Shown piece after piece: positions 60,988 to 64,000 of a stretch of DNA of 64,000 nucleotides. Position 1 is the stretch's first letter. Each line of letters begins with the position of its first letter. The notes below the pieces were generated by a model. That model searched no databases and was not told where the DNA came from. It saw nothing but the letters and a program-made list of their open reading frames with translations. Source of the stretch: Eremomyces bilateralis CBS 781.70 (Eukaryota). A program made the translations under genes and the position numbers. The DNA lies in NCBI GenBank assembly GCA_010015585.1, contig ML975161.1. One strand, written 5' to 3'.

Positions 60988-63900
60988 CCTGGGCTTTTCA
61001 GTGGCCTTTGCGCGACTCTGTACTGTTGTCAGGTTCGGGGATCTGCCGCATTTCTTGGAGTTACGGCTACGGAGTATCGCACCGCCCTCGAGATTCGAAG
61101 GACGAAGGTGCGTTGGATTTGGTGATGATATGGCTGATCAATAGAGTTGGAAAACGCCCGCGCCTCTCCGTGTATAACAACTGTCGAATAGATATTTGTA
61201 ATAGGAAGCAATCATGTTCTTCCATCCTTTTCGCTCCACTCGATCCTGTTCTCTCAAATTCGCCTCTCACGTCGTGTTTCACTCCCTAGACTTCGGGAGG
61301 CTGATACCTTCAGTTCCAAAGATGGACGGAGCAGCGTCGAGATTTCAAATACTTGCATTCCGATAGGACTAACGGGGATTTCTCCTCCCCCCTTGCTTTC
61401 TCCCTGGGTCAGGCGCCAGTTATCGGGCCGTCCCGGTACACGCCGCTCCAAGTCGCGATCACGCTCACGGCTAGGAGGAGTGTGGAGTTAGGCTCGTATT
61501 TGTAATTCTTCACCGCATGGCCCGTTTCAGGCCGACCTTCGAGTTTCGTCTGTCACCGCAAGGAAGTCGATGGGTCGTGCAGGCGTGTCTAGCACTCTAG
61601 ATTGATGGAAGACTACATGCAAGGTGAGCGCACCCCAACTCTTAGAAAGCGCTGATGCAACTCTAGCGTTCCTCGCATTCTCCTGGGAGCTTCAAGAATA
61701 GATGTTATATCATGGCTCTTGCAAAATTCTGTCCTGTTGCAAGGTGATGCGCGGCGGTGTAGGCCCCTTGGGTGAAGGTTCCTCTTACTTCGTAGAATGC
61801 GTGTGCGACCACGACCATGACTCGAGCGACGGCACGATTGGACGTAACATCGACATCGACACCATTTGAAATGGACAATTGGGCACGTTCACGCCCAGAC
61901 GATGCAAACGACGCCCAAAGGCGGATCTTGCCGTTGTCGGTCAACAATGCAACTCCTGGTCATGGAGACCGGAGCTGCAGACGCAACGAGGCGAGCGCAC
62001 GTCGACATCATGAGGCTTCCGGGGTGACGCTACACCTGGAATTTGGATGGATCGAAATCGATGTTGAGGCGACGACTCGCGAGAGGCCTGACATGGCCCA
62101 CGATTGATCATCGTGTATATTCTCCCGTCGACAATAATTGACAGCTTGACAGCAGAAAGCAAGAATCGCTGGGTATTCCAACATCTGGAAACCTGAGGCG
62201 CTTACCCCTTGCAATTGGTCCGTACAGGCAACCAACGGCGGAGGAGGGATGACAGATACGGCACTTCCATCATCAGTGGTTGGAATCAAAGCTCACCTAT
62301 CCGGAATTACTTGCCAACGGAAAGAATCCCTCCCAGCGAAGCCGTCTCTCAACCCACCTACATTTGAATAGCGGCTGGAAGATGTGTCATCGATCCAGAT
62401 AACAGTCACAGAAGTATCAACGGTCAGGCCACAGACGGGATGACGGGAGGCTTTAGAGCGGAACTATCCTGGCGCTGTGGCGCGGCCCGAAATGGCCGCC
62501 CCTCGGGCTTGATGGGTTAGCGTATCCATCCATACCAAAGATCCATCGGAATTCTGACTATGTTAAATCTTTTACGAACTGAATTCAATATTCATTGATT
62601 CCGAAATTCTACGAGCCAATTTCTCGATTTCTACGGGATTAGGACCTGATTCATGGCGATATTACGTAGTAGGTCTACCGGACTGGCCAACTGGTACGAT
62701 TCGTAAACCTCGAATTCTATGCTCAGGGAGCGACTCAGGGACAGTCGGACGTTGGGCCGAAAGGGGTGAGTTTGTACTCTGTCACTAATTATGCTTCATG
62801 AAACTGGGTAATTACACGATATTATATACTTTTTTGTTAACAACGACTTCTCTCCATGTTCTAGACTTCTATCACAGTCCCCTTGGTCCCTCGTCAGCAT
62901 ATATTTTCCGATTCACAACAGTCCAGGGTATCACTCACCACCTTGCCATCAAACATTAATCTTACCAGTGGGATATGATTCGCATGTCTCCTAGATTCCT
63001 TTGTCAATTGCGTAGCCTTTGGGATGGATAAATTGAATGCGTCGGTCAATGCCCAGCTACGATGCCGATTTATTGGCAATTTTGCATGGCATCATAGCCG
63101 GACCATTTCCCCTTAATCTCGACTCGTTTGAACCAGGTGGCGCTTGGTGGCGCGGATCTAGGGAGCGTGGCATGGGATCGACGCTGGTCCAATTCGTCGG
63201 GACCTGGACCCCCGATGGCAATGCCACAAGCCCACAACACTGCGTTGAAGCCTGTCAGCTTGCCCGCTTCCCGCAGTTGGAGACCCATGGGTTCGGGACT
63301 TGAGGGAGCATGGATCGATATTATTACTGCTACTGCTACTGATCATCTTGCTTCCGAAACGACTAGCTAAACAAGGTCAGTATTTTGAAGGTAATGCAGC
63401 ATCAGCCAGGGCACATTCACGAGAGCAGCAAGCCGCGCAACCGCGGCGTCCGCAGTCTCATAGCGTCAACATCCAATTCGAACTTGTGGATACCAACGGA
63501 TGGGGTTGCGACGGCCTTTCAGAGTGAGTTACGGCCATCTGATCTCACGATTGGAGGATGTATTTAGCTGAATCGTTGTCGGAGCGGAGGAGATGTGGAG
63601 TCAATATTTCTCAGCTTGGAGCCTTGGACGCCGGATTTTGCTGCGATAGTACTACTAAGTAATTGCCCCTTAGGAGGCTAGGACCGGCCCATTTTGTTCC
63701 AATAGACCCTGCATATCATTCCCTCACTGCTAAACCTGGGCAAGGGCGGAAATGATCGACCCTCAGGTTCATGGTCCACCACGGGATGGGATTGAAGTTG
63801 ACAAGAGGAAGTACCGGTGGCAACGCAATCACACATCAGACACAGCCCGCCGAAGAGATGTTGGTTGAATTTGTTGCGTTGGCAGACTTGCCGATCAGAT

Positions 63901-64000
63901 CGTGACTTTCGTGAGCCAGTAAGCGATCCAGAAGTCTGAATATTACAGAGGTTTCCATAAATATCCATAAATAGACGTTGTATGGGACTACATGCTGACT

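Noticed and set aside
61100..64000. short ORFs in the last 3 kb
   Set aside because: No recognisable domains, consistent splicing path or codon bias. Treated as intergenic or decayed sequence.

Overview
Eukaryotic genomic DNA from a filamentous ascomycete (Pezizomycotina; a Dothideomycete is my guess), with short GT-AG introns and CTRAC/CTAAT branch sites. Three zones. (1) 1-11.6 kb is an accessory, immunity-like island: the 3' end of an ankyrin-repeat gene, an intact ~1,640-aa NOV/sacsin-like GHKL ATPase with a C-terminal DUF3883-like (PD-(D/E)xK) nuclease domain, a HAD-domain gene relic and a NACHT-WD40 (HET-E/NWD-like) pseudogene with RIP-type stop codons. (2) Gene-dense core regions at 11.7-31.3 kb and 45.7-61 kb carry Scn1/TatD, PEP7, a METTL16-like methyltransferase, a GNAT, a LYR protein, SWI6/Cdc10, SPO7, a macrodomain protein, pirin, SPO71, YVC1, SUI2, a GTT3-like gene and an MME1-like carrier. 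(3) A second accessory-looking block at 31.5-45.2 kb holds a secreted copper-monooxygenase-like protein, a decayed hAT transposase, a secreted beta-helix protein, a TPP enzyme, an amidase and a GPI protein. Smaller oddities are an isolated 18S rRNA fragment between SPO71 and YVC1, an orphan tail-anchored protein with SILK and RVxW PP1-docking motifs, and a start codon split by an intron. All family calls come from recognising motifs by eye; no searches were run.
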